A stretch of 63,819 nucleotides of DNA, filler included, from Aduncisulcus paluster (Eukaryota): the NCBI GenBank assembly GCA_024181965.1. It is 8 parts of 8 records of this genome, joined end to end, with 100 filler letters (N's around TTAATTAATTAA, not from the genome) between each part and the next. Parts side by side here need not be neighbours in the genome. Positions count along the whole stretch, not along the records: positions 34,517 to 41,143 come from BQXS01011215.1; positions 41,244 to 50,671 come from BQXS01011216.1; 6 more parts are not named here. One strand, 5' to 3'. Of the stretch, positions 36,281-48,995 are shown piece after piece (position 1 is the stretch's first letter; each line of letters begins with the position of its first letter). The notes beneath the pieces are model-generated. The model saw only the letters and a program-made list of their open reading frames with translations, had not been told where the DNA came from and searched no databases. Both the position numbers and the translations under genes were made by a program.

Positions 36281-38290
36281 GTTATTCGAGATTCAAATGA
36301 GTTAAGCGAGGGATAGTTGTGTCAATTTCTCAATAACTTTCAGAGACAATGGGTGGAAACCAGGAGCAACGAACAGAACCAGAAAGTTGAGTGTTTTATA
36401 TTTGTAGCAATATTTTAGGGAGTAGTATGGCAAATAACAAACGGTTGAGTTCAGTTATATGGCAATAAAAAGAACAATAAGGTATCAAAAGGTTCGAGAA
36501 TCAAACAGATATCATTGACAAACAACAATAAGCATTCGAAGGGGAATAATGGCATGGATACCGAGTTGCAATGACTGTAAGCTATGTTTTTATCATGATA
36601 CTCCAGGAATATTGGGAATTATTTGGAAAAATATTCTTAAGAGGTTGTACAATGAAGATGTTATGAAGGCTCAATATAAAGAGGGGAATCAAATCAATAA
36701 AAACATGCCATTTGCTCCACAAGATGTTTTTGACACGGAATTCGATATTTTATAGTGTTTTATACTCTTATTCTCATCGATAAAAAACTCGTCTCAAGAA
36801 AGGGCATAAAATATCATATTTCGATGTTTGGGAGTTAATATTTCAGTTAGAAACAATTAGGAACAATACATTTGGTGGGAATCACTTTCTGTAAAATTGT
36901 ATATCGAACAAAATTATCTTGATGAAACTGAATCATTGGATAAAGCATTAATTTTGCTGGGATCGAAGATTTTATTGATTAAAAAAGAATAAATTGTCGT
37001 TACAGTTATTTTTATTGCTATATTATATCAAATAGATCCAGGGATCAAACACAGTGTGTTTCATGCGCATTAGATGTTACAATGGCGATAAAATACACCG
37101 TGGAAGATGATCTTAAAGAATCATATCAATCCATCGTAAGTTGGTATTAATAATATTTGGAGACTGAAGTGGGAGATTTCTTTCTGAAAGTGAAGCAATC
37201 ATTGCTTGATAGCAAGGATGGTTGTTATGGCACTGAAATTGAGGTTACATCTCACATGTCAGAAGTGGAGCAGCAATACGAATGTATCAAGGAAATTGGC
37301 ATCAACCAAAACGAATAGTAGAAATAATAAGTAACTTATTATAAGTTAGATGAATAGATATATCAATAAAAACAAGTGATAGCGCATGTAATCAAGTTGT
37401 TTCGGAGAGAATCGCAAAGAGATCTCAACCACCATGAATTGTATTGAATGATAGATCGATTCTATTTCACACCACATCATGTGTATGATACGATAGTTTT
37501 CTTGAAGAATCAATCACATCTTGGCATTTGCACCACCGAATTATTGGTATTTTGTGACAAAATGAATAAAATTTAACATATTTGCTAATCATCCGAGAAG
37601 TTAAAAAGAATGGCCTTGTGAGAATGAACATGAGGATAGGGTGAGTATTGTTGGATAAAACTCAGAATTGGAAGAGAGTTATTATCAAGCACACTCATAA
37701 TTGATTGGAGAGATATCGTGTAATCAAGCTTTGGGGGAGGGGAACGGGAAAAGGTATAGCAGCAAGAAATCACCAAAAACACCAAAACGACAATAGGAGG
37801 CCCGAGACGATGGTATTCACGGATTACAACATGAATGTGGCATCATTGGGGAGGAACTTGATAATCCAATATGTAAACAAAACTCGGGAGTTATGAAAAG
37901 ATTTTGTAAAATTTTGTGTCAGGAGTGGATTCACAAGGATTGCATGCAATATATGGTCCAAGGAAAATGGTTATATATTTTTATGTATATATTATACGGT
38001 ATCACTTTCCAAGATTGTCACATTGGCAATCGAGTCGTTGTGTATTCGCTTCTCGTTGTTTTGTTTGTGTTAATAACAACTTGTATGTTTACTATATCTC
38101 ACATCTTTTATTAAATGTACATTAAGACATATTTTAATCTGTGACATTCAATTATACTCACTATATTGTGCTGTGTGGTCGTTTCTTGTTCCTTTCCTGT
38201 TTGTTTTATCTTTTTCATTCTGTTTGTTCACAAATATTATTATCATCTTGTTTATTTTTATTTTTTAGATAAGATTCTATCTCTATTCAA

Positions 38291-39367
38291 ATGAGGTCAT
38301 CCATTGGTGTTATTCAAACTGTGGGGCCTGAATTTATACATGAAGGAGATAAGTATTGTTCTCCAATTCCTGGAGATGCCCCCAATATTAAGAGTGCAGA
38401 GTTTCCAACTATCAAAGCAATAGATGGATCTAAGAAAGAAGGTGATAAAGAGTACGATCAGAGTTCTAAAGCACAAAAGATGATGAAAGGAGAGTATAAT
38501 TGTGGATATTTTACTCATATCTCCATTCATTTCTCTTCATCTTCCCCAATGAAAGGGGCTTATATCTGTCTATCAAGCTTTTCACCTCCATCACACCTTA
38601 TCTTCACTCTCACATCTTCAAAGGGTGATAAAACATCCAAGAAATACGAATTTCCTGAATTTTATGATGATTGTTGGTATTTCCTTCCTGTTGATCTCCC
38701 TGGTGTTGTATTGTGTGAGATTACAGGGAAAGGAAGAAAGAAAGAGTGGTTTAGAATCGATTCCCTTGTTTTCATTAGAGAAGAAACTCCTGAAGAAATC
38801 AAATCTCGTGAAGCCAGAGAAAAACTTAGGTCTGAAGCTCCAGTTGTGAAACCAGAGTTTGTTAAGGAAGGAAGGGGAGATTCTATTCCCATTCCACGAG
38901 ATGATCCAAAGCTTGTAGATCCTTCATTCTCGATGGTTAAGTGCAAGCTTGATGCGTTTAGTAAGGAATCTGAGTTTTATGATATGAGGTCAAAAGCACA
39001 AGCAATGTTAAAAGGGGAATGGGGTGTATGGTTATCCCATCTTTCTATCCCTTTCCCATCACCTAGTCCAATGAAAGGTGCTTATATCTGTGTGAATTGT
39101 AATATAAGTTCACCCTCTCTTCTTTTCACTTTCACTGATTGTGATGGTAAGAAGACATCCAAGAAGTATGAATTCACAAAACTTAAACATTTTCATGAAT
39201 GGCACTTCCTTCCTATTGATTTGCCAAATGTTGTATTGTGTGAGATTGAAGGGAAAGGAGCGTGGATAAATAAGAATAGTCGAAATTTCTGCATCTACTC
39301 CCTTGTATTTACTATGCCCGAGGAAACCATTGCAGCTGAACGATTATCTCTACTTCCATGGAAATAA
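38291..39367 (+). CDS. Hypervariable beta-domain family protein, free two-domain form, 358 aa
   Basis: Full-length paralog of 737-1837 with the same scaffold motifs and ERLSLLPWK end. Confidence 0.87.
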   Translation: MRSSIGVIQTVGPEFIHEGDKYCSPIPGDAPNIKSAEFPTIKAIDGSKKEGDKEYDQSSKAQKMMKGEYNCGYFTHISIHFSSSSPMKGAYICLSSFSPPSHLIFTLTSSKGDKTSKKYEFPEFYDDCWYFLPVDLPGVVLCEITGKGRKKEWFRIDSLVFIREETPEEIKSREAREKLRSEAPVVKPEFVKEGRGDSIPIPRDDPKLVDPSFSMVKCKLDAFSKESEFYDMRSKAQAMLKGEWGVWLSHLSIPFPSPSPMKGAYICVNCNISSPSLLFTFTDCDGKKTSKKYEFTKLKHFHEWHFLPIDLPNVVLCEIEGKGAWINKNSRNFCIYSLVFTMPEETIAAERLSLLPWK

Positions 39368-40715
39368 TCCAATGATTATGATATTGTCTGCAAAAGATAT
39401 GAGACTATTGTTTCCTTGTATGGCTTCACAGAACAATGATATTCTTTCTTTCGCCCAGATCTGAGAGAGAGATAATACCGAGAAAGGATAGTACATTTCA
39501 TATGCTCAGGATTTGAATAATTCAGAATGAAAATGAAAATGAACGCTTTCCATCCATTTCTCACCATTATTAGGCCCCTTTGAATAAAGATAGAAGTTGA
39601 TGTTCTAAAAATAGATTTTCTAAAAATAGAAATACAAAGTGTGATTTCTTCTAAATTCATGATTATAACTCGTTATTTCCATGATTCGTGCACAATTTAG
39701 CGAATGTTCACAAGTTGACGAGGTAATACTTTTCGATTTCAGTCCTGACTTGAGATAGAGTTTCAACGGTAAGTTTGAACGCATAAACAAGGTTTTGGAT
39801 CGATATTGGATATGGTATGACCAAATATCCGTGTAACTTGAGAATATCCAAACATGTGTTCTAAAAATAGAATGTCTAAAAATAGAATAAGGACAATATT
39901 TTTGAATGTTCAAGAAAGGAATTTCGACATATATATCTTTCAGGATTGAGAATGTGTGGGTTTCTAACCACCAACTAACTGAAGAGATCACGAAAGAATG
40001 ATTGGAAATGAAAGTTTCATTCGACATTTTCCTTTCTTCTTCATATTCCATTCCTTCCAACCATTTCAATGATTGCATACAAACTTTCTCGGGTGAAATT
40101 TGTGAACCATTTATTCATCAGATTTATTCAACTAGAATGCTCTTTCTTCTTCAATCCAGAAAACCATCCATCAAGAAGATCCTTAACATTATCATACACT
40201 TCAACAGCATGTAATGGATCACAACATAAGTTGGAGAAGAATAATAAAACATGTTCATATGATATCACTTGAGAGTGTTGACTGGTTACAATTTACTAAA
40301 TAAACGAAAAGGCTTGTGTTCTATAATTAGAACATCCTGAGAAGGTGACAGAGAGGGTGATTGAAAATCGAAAATACATCAATTCTCGATAACGCTCAGT
40401 TACTGAGCTCAGTATCTTTGTATATCTTCAACCAATCTCTGACATATGGTTTGATGAGGGTATGATATTATGTTCAAATTTTGAGTTCAAATGGAACATG
40501 ACATGATCAAATAAAGATACATTGTGTGAAATTAATAAAACATTGTTTTATTTCACCAAGCTTTCTCAAAAATATCGACCTCGTTAAAAAGAATAATAAA
40601 TAAATAAAATAATATGTCATTAAAATGTATATTGGAAAAAAACTATCAGAATGGATAGAAACAGATTAGTAATAGGAATATTACATATTCTACGTACCTT
40701 ATGAAGCCAAGATAA

Positions 40716-41143
40716 TTGGAACAAATGAAATTAAAAACAAAACAATTAGAAGACATTTTAATGAGAAAAAGACGTTCCAAAACAGTTTATGCCATTCTTC
40801 ATGGTTCGCTTGGTGTGAACAAAAAAGACATCCTTGAAATATTATCTTTTACAACATCTTCAGAGCTAAAAATTATAAACAATTCTAATATACAATGTTT
40901 ATTTTGTAAAAGAGAGTTTTTAAACTCTTATTCGTCATTAATTGACCACATTATCTCACGTTCTCATATTCAGTGCCTTAAAGAGAATTTAAAACCACAA
41001 AAACAATTAATACTTAAATTTTTTGATTATATTATTGAAAAGGCTACAGTTACAGAGACATCCCTATTTCGAATTGCCAAAATAATAGATATTGAAATGA
41101 TGGAGATTATTCAAAAACTCCCAAGGCCCATTCATATCCCAAC
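40716..41143 (+). CDS. Hypothetical protein fragment with a C2H2-like zinc finger, 3'-truncated
   Basis: CLFCKREFLNSYSSLIDHIISRSH fits CxxC...H...H; start uncertain. Confidence 0.4.
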
Positions 41144-41243
41144 NNNNNNNNNNNNNNNNNNNNNNNNNNNNNNNNNNNNNNNNNNNNTTAATTAATTAAN
41201 NNNNNNNNNNNNNNNNNNNNNNNNNNNNNNNNNNNNNNNNNNN

Positions 41244-41942
41244 GCCAACAATTTCGTGTGTGGTGTCAATAGTTCTGGTGAAACTGCCTGTGTGTGTGCG
41301 ACAGGATTCTACCTTGACACAGCCTCTAACGTCTGTGTTGCTGCTGCTGATGGTGCATGTGACTCTTGTGGTGGAGAAAGAGGAGAATGTGTTTACTCGA
41401 CCGATCTTTCAACCGCTATCTGTGAATGTTTCGATGGATGGTTTGGAGATGAATGTTCACGACAATGTCCGACAGATGCAGACGGAAATGTTTGTAGCAC
41501 CAATGGTACTTGCAGTTCTGTGTTTAATACATGCTCTTGTTCCGATGACACATTCTTTGGGTCTGCATGTCAATTGGTATGTATCGCTGACGACAATTGT
41601 TCTGGAAATGGAACGTGTGTGTTTGCAATAGAAAATGATTCAGAGCTTGTGACGTGTCAATGTTATGATGGTTTTGGAGGAGACTCATGTGAAACAATTC
41701 TCTCTACGTCTTCATTGGAAACGTGGCAACTTGTCCTGATCATTTGTGGAGGTGTTGCAGTTGTTGTTGTTGCAATTGTAATCGTGAAGTGTTGTTGCTG
41801 TTCTTCGAAGGGGGAGAAGGGGCCTAAAGCTGATAGACAATTGCATTCCATTGCTCCTATAATGCATCCAGCACCTGTTATGCAAATTTCTCATAATCCC
41901 CTTGCTTTGTTAGACGTTAGCAATTTATTGGATGAAGTATAA
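41244..41942 (+). CDS. Cys-rich EGF-like repeat type I membrane protein, C-terminal part
   Basis: Repeated CxCxxG(F/W)xGxxC units, TM segment LVLIICGGVAVVVVAIVIV, juxtamembrane CCCC. Confidence 0.85.
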   Translation, partial: ANNFVCGVNSSGETACVCATGFYLDTASNVCVAAADGACDSCGGERGECVYSTDLSTAICECFDGWFGDECSRQCPTDADGNVCSTNGTCSSVFNTCSCSDDTFFGSACQLVCIADDNCSGNGTCVFAIENDSELVTCQCYDGFGGDSCETILSTSSLETWQLVLIICGGVAVVVVAIVIVKCCCCSSKGEKGPKADRQLHSIAPIMHPAPVMQISHNPLALLDVSNLLDEV

Positions 41943-42293
41943 ATGTTGGAATAGATCTCGAACGATTCATTCCTGAAGAAAGTCCATACGCAAGACACAT
42001 CTTGAGATGACTCGCAGAAGTGGAACAAATTCCAACGAAATAATACAAAAATAACGTGAACATGACTTCACCGTCCCGGTTGTCAAATGGACTGAAATAT
42101 TGAGGTATTCCTGATCATTTGTTGTTGAAGATGAGAAGAAATGGAGGTCCAATGTATGCATTGCATACTATGCAATATAAGAAGTAAAGTATACTCCATA
42201 TGATCCATGAACAGTTTCCTCATTGCAAGTTATCTTCAAAATATTTCTATTCCAAGAGAACAATCCAATGTATGGCCACTCCATAATAGAGTT

Positions 42294-45200
42294 CTAACAT
42301 ACAGAATCGTCAGAATACTCATATAAACCATCACAGCCTCCCTCCTTGCCATAACTTGCTTTCCCTTCAACATTCCCAAATAATTCACAAATATCTCCAT
42401 CCAATTTACCTTGTCGTTTTATGATATCCTCAATTTTTGGACATTTCCACCCTTCTCCAATTCTTGGAAGTGAATCTTTGATGATTTGCACCTTCTCACG
42501 GGCTTCATGCACACTCATGCGATTGATGGATTCATACTGAGTAAGACCAATGAAAACTTCGTTCATAACATTATACACCTTCGAATCAGTGGGTTTTAGA
42601 GATTGGAAAATAGGGCAATCAGAGAGCTTTGTGAGTTTGTCTTCCTTCATAAGGTTTAAAAGACAATCAATAAATTTTGATGGATCAAGAATCCTCTGTA
42701 AAATAGGAATTCTGGAATAAGGAGTATACCCCAAGAATAGAGCGAGAATTGATACTCCAAGAGAATATCCGTCACTTCTCTGATCTTGAATTCCTCTAAA
42801 AGCTTCAGGTGAATTGTATACAAGAGTTCCACAAGTGGACTGTTCTGGTTGTTGGGGTTCTTTTTCCGTTGTTCCCATTCTCGTTGAGTGGGTTAAAGAT
42901 GATGAAATTGTTTCTTGGAGGAACATTAATCCAAGATCAGCGAGAACAACGATGCATTCTCCATCTTTGGAATCAACACGAACAAGGAAATTTGCAGGTT
43001 TTATGTCTCGATGGACAAGACCTGATTTTGCCTCAAACACATCATCAAGGCATTCAATCATTCCAACACAGAGAGCACTCAATTTCAGAGGGTTTGTTCG
43101 AGAAGAATCAAAGCACCAACTCTTCGCAAAATCTTCAACAGAACCTCCAGCACAATATTCCATGATAAACCCATAGAGACCTTTTCGATAGTCTTCATCA
43201 AATAGATCAAGAATATACAAGGGACGGGGAATACGATGAGATAATAGAGGATTTGAAAATAATTTGAGTTGGTTTTCAAATTCATTTCGGCAATTACGAA
43301 TAATATTTCTCAAATCTCTATGATCAATCTTCCACATATCGGGCAAAGGGATCACCTTCTTCAGAACACAATGAATAATAGGAATATCAACCTTAACAAG
43401 AAGAACTTCACCAAATAAACCACTTCCAATTTTACAGAGAGGAGAAACACTTAACTCGGATTTTCTAGTAATAGAAGGAATTTTCATGGAGATTGGAGAA
43501 AAAAATGATATAGGAGACGGGGGAATATCGTCACCTCGGACAAAGATAAGGGAGCGGATGGAGAAAGATCTTCTTCTTCCTTGTTCCCAACTTCCTTTTT
43601 CTTGTATTTCACACTTCTTAACGTCAGATATTCCAAAAGGAAGGAAAACCCATTGATACTCATATGAATATTCAGGTTCTGCGAATTCATACTTCTTGCT
43701 TGTCTTCTTATCGTCACAATCAGTGAAAGTGAAGAGAAGAGAGGGTGTACTATAATCCTTATCCACACAGATATAAGCACCTTTCATTGGACTAGGTGAT
43801 GGGAAAGGGATAGAAAGATGGGATAATGTCACTTCTCCTTCACCTTTTAACATTTTTTGAGCCTTTTCACTTCGGTCATACTCCTCAGATTCCTTACAAT
43901 ACGAATCATGCTTTCCCTTGACCATCTCAAAAGAAGGGTTATTAACGGCTGCATTACCACGTGGAATGGGGATGGCAGATGCATTGCCAGAATTAACAAA
44001 CTCTGATTTAATGGTGGGCTACATATCATTTTTGAAAAAGAGATATATAATGGTATTAGAAACAAATCGAGAGATAATATTGTCAAACAAGATTAGCGTG
44101 AATCGTATCAAANNNNNNNNNNNNNNNNNNNNTATTAACGGCTGCATTACCACGTGGAATGGGGATGGCAGATGCATTGCCAGAATTAACAAACTCTGAT
44201 TTAATGGTGGGCTACATATCATTTTTGAAAAAGAGATATATAATGGTATTAGAAACAAATCGAGAGATAATATTGTCAAACAAGATTAGCGTGAATCGTA
44301 TCAAATAATAAAACAAAGAAATGTGAAAATATTAAACAAATAAAATATAATGAACATACAGCTTTAGACCATTGTTCCTCAATGGATTCTCGAATACAAC
44401 GTTCTTCAGGGGTTTCTTCTCGAAAGAAAACGAGGGAGGGGATGTGAAAGTATCGGCTATTCTTCTCTTTCCACATTCCTTTCCCTTCAATCTCACACAA
44501 TACAACGTTATCCAAATCAATAGGAAGGAAGTGCCATTCATATGAATGTTCAGGTTTTGTGAATTCATACTTCTTGGATGTCTTCTTACCATCACAATCA
44601 GTGAGAGTGAAGAGAAGAGAGGGTGAACTAGCATTCTTATTCACACAGATATAAGCACCTTTCATTGGACTAGGTGATGGGAAAGGGATGGAAAGATGGG
44701 ATAAGTAAACACTACATTCCCCTTTTAACATTCTTTGTGCATTTGAACTCTGATCATACTCCTCAGATTCCTTACTCACCGAATCATCCTTGCACTTAAC
44801 CTTTGAGAATGAAGGATCTATAACATTTGGATCATCACGTGAAATGGGAATAAAACCTCTACCTTGCGATTTTCCATCTCCTTCCTTAACAAATTCTGGT
44901 TTTACAACAGGAGCTTCAGACCATAGTTTTTCCTCGGCTTCACGAGTAATGACTTCATCTAAGGTTTCTTCGCGAATGAAAACAAGGGATACAATCGAAA
45001 AAATATCATCAAAATACTCCTCTTCAACAAGAGAGTCGATTTTAGAAGACTCTTCATCTTCAAAATACTCTTTCTTTCTTCCTTTCCCTGTAATCTCACA
45101 CAGAACAACATCAGAGAGATCAATAGGAAGAAAGAACCAGCTATCATTTTCTAATTCAGGAAATTCATATTTTTTAAACATTTTTGAGCCCTTTGAAGAT

Positions 45201-47798
45201 GTAAGAGAGAAGATAAGGTGTGAGGTTGATCGGGTATATCCTCCTCCAATACAAATATAAGCACCTTTAATGGGGGTAGATGTGGAGAAAGGAAGGGAGA
45301 TATCTGTAAATTTTCCCCGATTACCCTCTCCTTTCATCATCTTTTGTGCTGCAGAACACTGATCATATTCTCTATCACCTTTTCTCTTGGTCCTATTCTT
45401 GGACTCGATAGCAGTTATATCAGGACTCTTAATATTCGGGCAATCTCGAGGAATTGGAGAGCTAGATTCGTCACCTTCATGAATAAACTCTGATTTAATG
45501 GTGGGCTACATATCATTTTTGAAAAAGAGATATATAATGGTATTAGAAACAAATCGAGAGATAATATTGAAAAATAAGATTAGCGTGAATCGTATCAAAT
45601 AATAAAACAAAGAAATGTGAAAATATTAAACCAATAAAATATAATGAACATACAGCTTTAGACCATTGTTCCTCGATGGATTCTCGAATACAACGTTCTT
45701 CAGGGGTTTCTTCTCGAAAGAATATGAGGGAGGAGATGTCAAAACATCGACTATTCTTCTCTTTCCACATTCCTTTCCCTTCAATCTCACACAATACAAC
45801 ATTATCCAAATCAATAGGAAGGAAGTGCCATTCATAGTCATTTTCAGGTTTTGTGAATTCATACTTCTTGGATGTCTTCTTACCATCACAATCAGTGAGA
45901 GTGAAGAGAAGAGAGGGTGAACTATCATACTCATTCACACAGATATAAGCACCTTTCATTGGACTAGGTGATGGGAAAGGGATAGAAAGATGGGATAATG
46001 TCACTTCTCCTTCACCTTTTAACATTTTTTGAGCCTTTTCACTTCGGTCATACTCCTCAGATTCCTTACAATACGAATCATGCTTTCCCTTGACCATCTC
46101 AAAAGAAGGGTTATTAACGGCTGCATTACCACGTGGAATGGGGATGGCAGATGCATTGCCAGAATTAACAAACTCTGATTTAATGGTGGGCTACATATCA
46201 TTTTTGAAAAAGAGATATATAATGGTATTAGAAACAAATCGAGAGATAATATTGTCAAACAAGATTAGCGTGAATCGTATCAAATAATAAAACAAAGAAA
46301 TGTGAAAATATTAAACAAATAAAATATAATGAACATACAGCTTTAGACCATTGTTCCTCAATGGATTCTCGAATACAACGTTCTTCAGGGGTTTCTTCTC
46401 GAAAGAAAACGAGGGAGGGGATGATAAAACCTCGACAATTCTTCATTTTCCACATTCCTTTCCCTTCAATCTCACACAATACAACATTATCCAAATCAAT
46501 AGGAAGGAAGTGCCATTCATATGAATGTTCAGGTCTTGTGAATTCATACTTCTTGGATGTCTTCTTACCATCACAATCAGTGAAAGTGAAGAGAAGAGAG
46601 GGTGAACTATAATCTTCATCCACACAGATATAAGCACCTTTCATTGGACTAGGTGATGGGAAAGGAATGGAAAGATGGGATAAGTAAACACTACATTCAC
46701 CTTTCAACATTTCTTGTGCATCTGAACTCTGATCATAATACTCAGATTCCTTACTAAACGCATCATCCTTGCCCTTAACCTTTGAAAATGAAGGATCAAC
46801 AAGCTTTGGACCATCAGGTGGAATGGGAATAGAATCTCTACCACCTTCCTGAACAAACTCTGGTTTCACGACTGGAGCGTCAGACCAGAGTTTGTTTCGA
46901 AAAGCTTCTTTGGCTTCACGAAATATAGTTTCTTCATGTGTTTCTTCTCGAAAAAATATGAGGGATTCGATTTCAAAAGACTCTTTCTTTCTTCCTTTCC
47001 CTGAAATCTCACACAGAACAACATCAGAGAGATCAATTGGGAGATAGAACCAACTATCATTTTCTAATTCAGGAAATTCATATTTTTTAAACATTTTCTC
47101 CCCCTTTGAAGATGTTAGAGAGAAGATAAGGTGTGAGGGTGGAGAACTGGATGATTCTTCTCCAATACAAATATAAGCACCTTTAATGGGAGTAGATGTG
47201 GAGAAAGGAAGGGAAATATCTGTAAATACTCCTCCATTACCTCCCCAATAAATCTCCTCTCCTTTCATCATCTTTTGTGCATTAATACTCTGATCATAAT
47301 CTTCATCACCTTTTCCCTTGGTCCTATTCTTAGCTTCAATAACAGTTATATCAGGACTCTTAACATTCGGGGAATCCCGAGGAATTGGAGAGCTAGATTC
47401 GTCACCTTCATGAATAAACTTTGGTTTAACCTCTTGAATCTAATAAATTAATTGAGTTTTTGGTCGAAATGAAGCAATAAAAAACACCCGAAACAGAAAA
47501 TGGGTTATGAAAGCAATATGGGCATTATTTTTCAAATTAATGATATAAAACATCATAAAATGTGATAAATAACCTTCATGAATAAACTTTGGTTTAACTT
47601 CTTGAATCTAACAAATTAATTGGGCATTTGGTGGAAATAAAGCAATAAAAAACACCCGAAACAGAAAAGGGGTTATGAAAGCAATATGGGCATTATTTTT
47701 CAAATTAATGATATCAAACATCATAAAATGTATAAATTCAATAACTTTCAGAAACATACAATATCTTGGCTACGTTCTGAGCTTGGTTTTGGATCCAT
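42294..47798 (-). CDS. Multi-exon gene: six hypervariable beta-domains fused to a C-terminal protein kinase, ~1515 aa. Exons 47798-47760, 47439-46339, 46190-45654, 45505-44360, 44018-42294
   Basis: GTATGT donors and TAG acceptors give in-frame joins WSKA|PTIKSEF, matching the unspliced WSEAPVVKPEF of free paralogs. Exon lengths 39, 1101, 537, 1146, 1725 are all multiples of 3. Kinase motifs IGSGLFGEV, VLKK, HRDIKPANFL, DLG, GTLVYNSPE, DGYSLG. The 20-N gap at 44113 could hide more units. Confidence 0.82.
44212..46338 (-). repeat. Three near-identical 148-nt phase-0 introns (46338-46191, 45653-45506, 44359-44212)
   Basis: Each reads GTATGTTCATTATATTTT...CACGCTAATCTT...AAAATGATATGTAG with only a few substitutions. 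Confidence 0.88.
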
Positions 47799-48995
47799 TG
47801 TGTTCTAAAATGTCTATGATGAGAACACGAACAATAATAAAAATAATATGATAATTTTAACAAAGAATGTCACCACAATCATCGAACAATTTAGTGAGTT
47901 TCAAGGAGGAAATGACGACAAGAACAAAAAAGAACAGCCAGCGAGAGAACCAGTGAATAAAACAGGGTGATTATGGATTGACAAGAAGTTAATATCTAAT
48001 TAACGAAAAATTATGACATACAATATTTTCAATATTTCTTTTACAACGGGAAGAAATGAAGTTTTAGAATTCAAAACTCTGTATAATAACAATGCAAGAT
48101 GACATTGCAGAATATATCGATTAAAAAATATAAATGGTTTCTTTCTAACATACATTGGATACTAGTATTGTCATTCCACTCCTGACACAAAATCGTTTCC
48201 TAAGTCCCGAGTTTTGTTCACATATTGGATTGTAAAGTTTTATTGTTTGATGATAAGTTGTAGTTGTAATCTGTGAATGTTGTGGATTAATTGGTAAATG
48301 ACTATATTTGTCTGATTCCTGGTTTCTCCCCTCCAGAGCTTGTTTGATTTTGCAATATCATTTGTTTTAGATTTTTTTGTTTTAAATTCTCCGTTGAGAG
48401 TTAGTGAATCCTTAGTTTCTTTTCCAAGTGGTGTAATAATCCTGCTTTATGTTGTTGACTCAAACAATGGTGATGTTGGACACTCCATCTCTTAGAGCAG
48501 TAGCATAATTCACTGGATATAAGAGCTATATGAGATGAGATATTGTCCGATCCAGTTGTTTCTGAAGATAATCCAAACACTCCAGTAATCTACATCGACT
48601 CTGGTTTCTTGATCATTTGGGTGCTAAACCGAACCATTTAAACACTGGATATTGGGAAGTTTCTATGTCGGAAGTATAGCTGTAGAATTTATTCTTAACT
48701 CTTCAATAGTAACAAATGCGCCTTTGTTGCAGAGTCTATTCTTGCTATTTTTTCAAGACGTCTTCTACCACATTCCAGTGGAAAAACTCAAGGAATATGT
48801 ATTAACACTGACATAATAATCTGTTGAGTCAAGAATGATTCTATTTGATCTGGCTCTCTTCAAGATCATGAAGTTCATGAAATGATTTAAGATCCGCAAT
48901 ATTAGAGTGCACTCGGTGCACATTTGCAAATTATTTGTATAATTTATTATCCAATAATATCAATAAAACCTGAAAAAAAGCCATAAAACCGAAGA

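Noticed and set aside
36300-37700. Decayed gene or transposon in long intergenic stretches (also 39400-40600, 48300-48900, 55543-56100)
   Set aside because: Only short stop-riddled frames without any motif I can name.
43847-46287. Small repeated ORFs such as MTILSLDLFLIPLY and tails VCSLYFICLIFSHFF as membrane peptides
   Set aside because: They are read-through translations of the T-rich 148-nt introns.
42294-47439. A complete diversity-generating retroelement or CRISPR-like array
   Set aside because: No reverse transcriptase, template repeat, cas gene or repeat-spacer structure in the window; the repeats are protein domains and introns.
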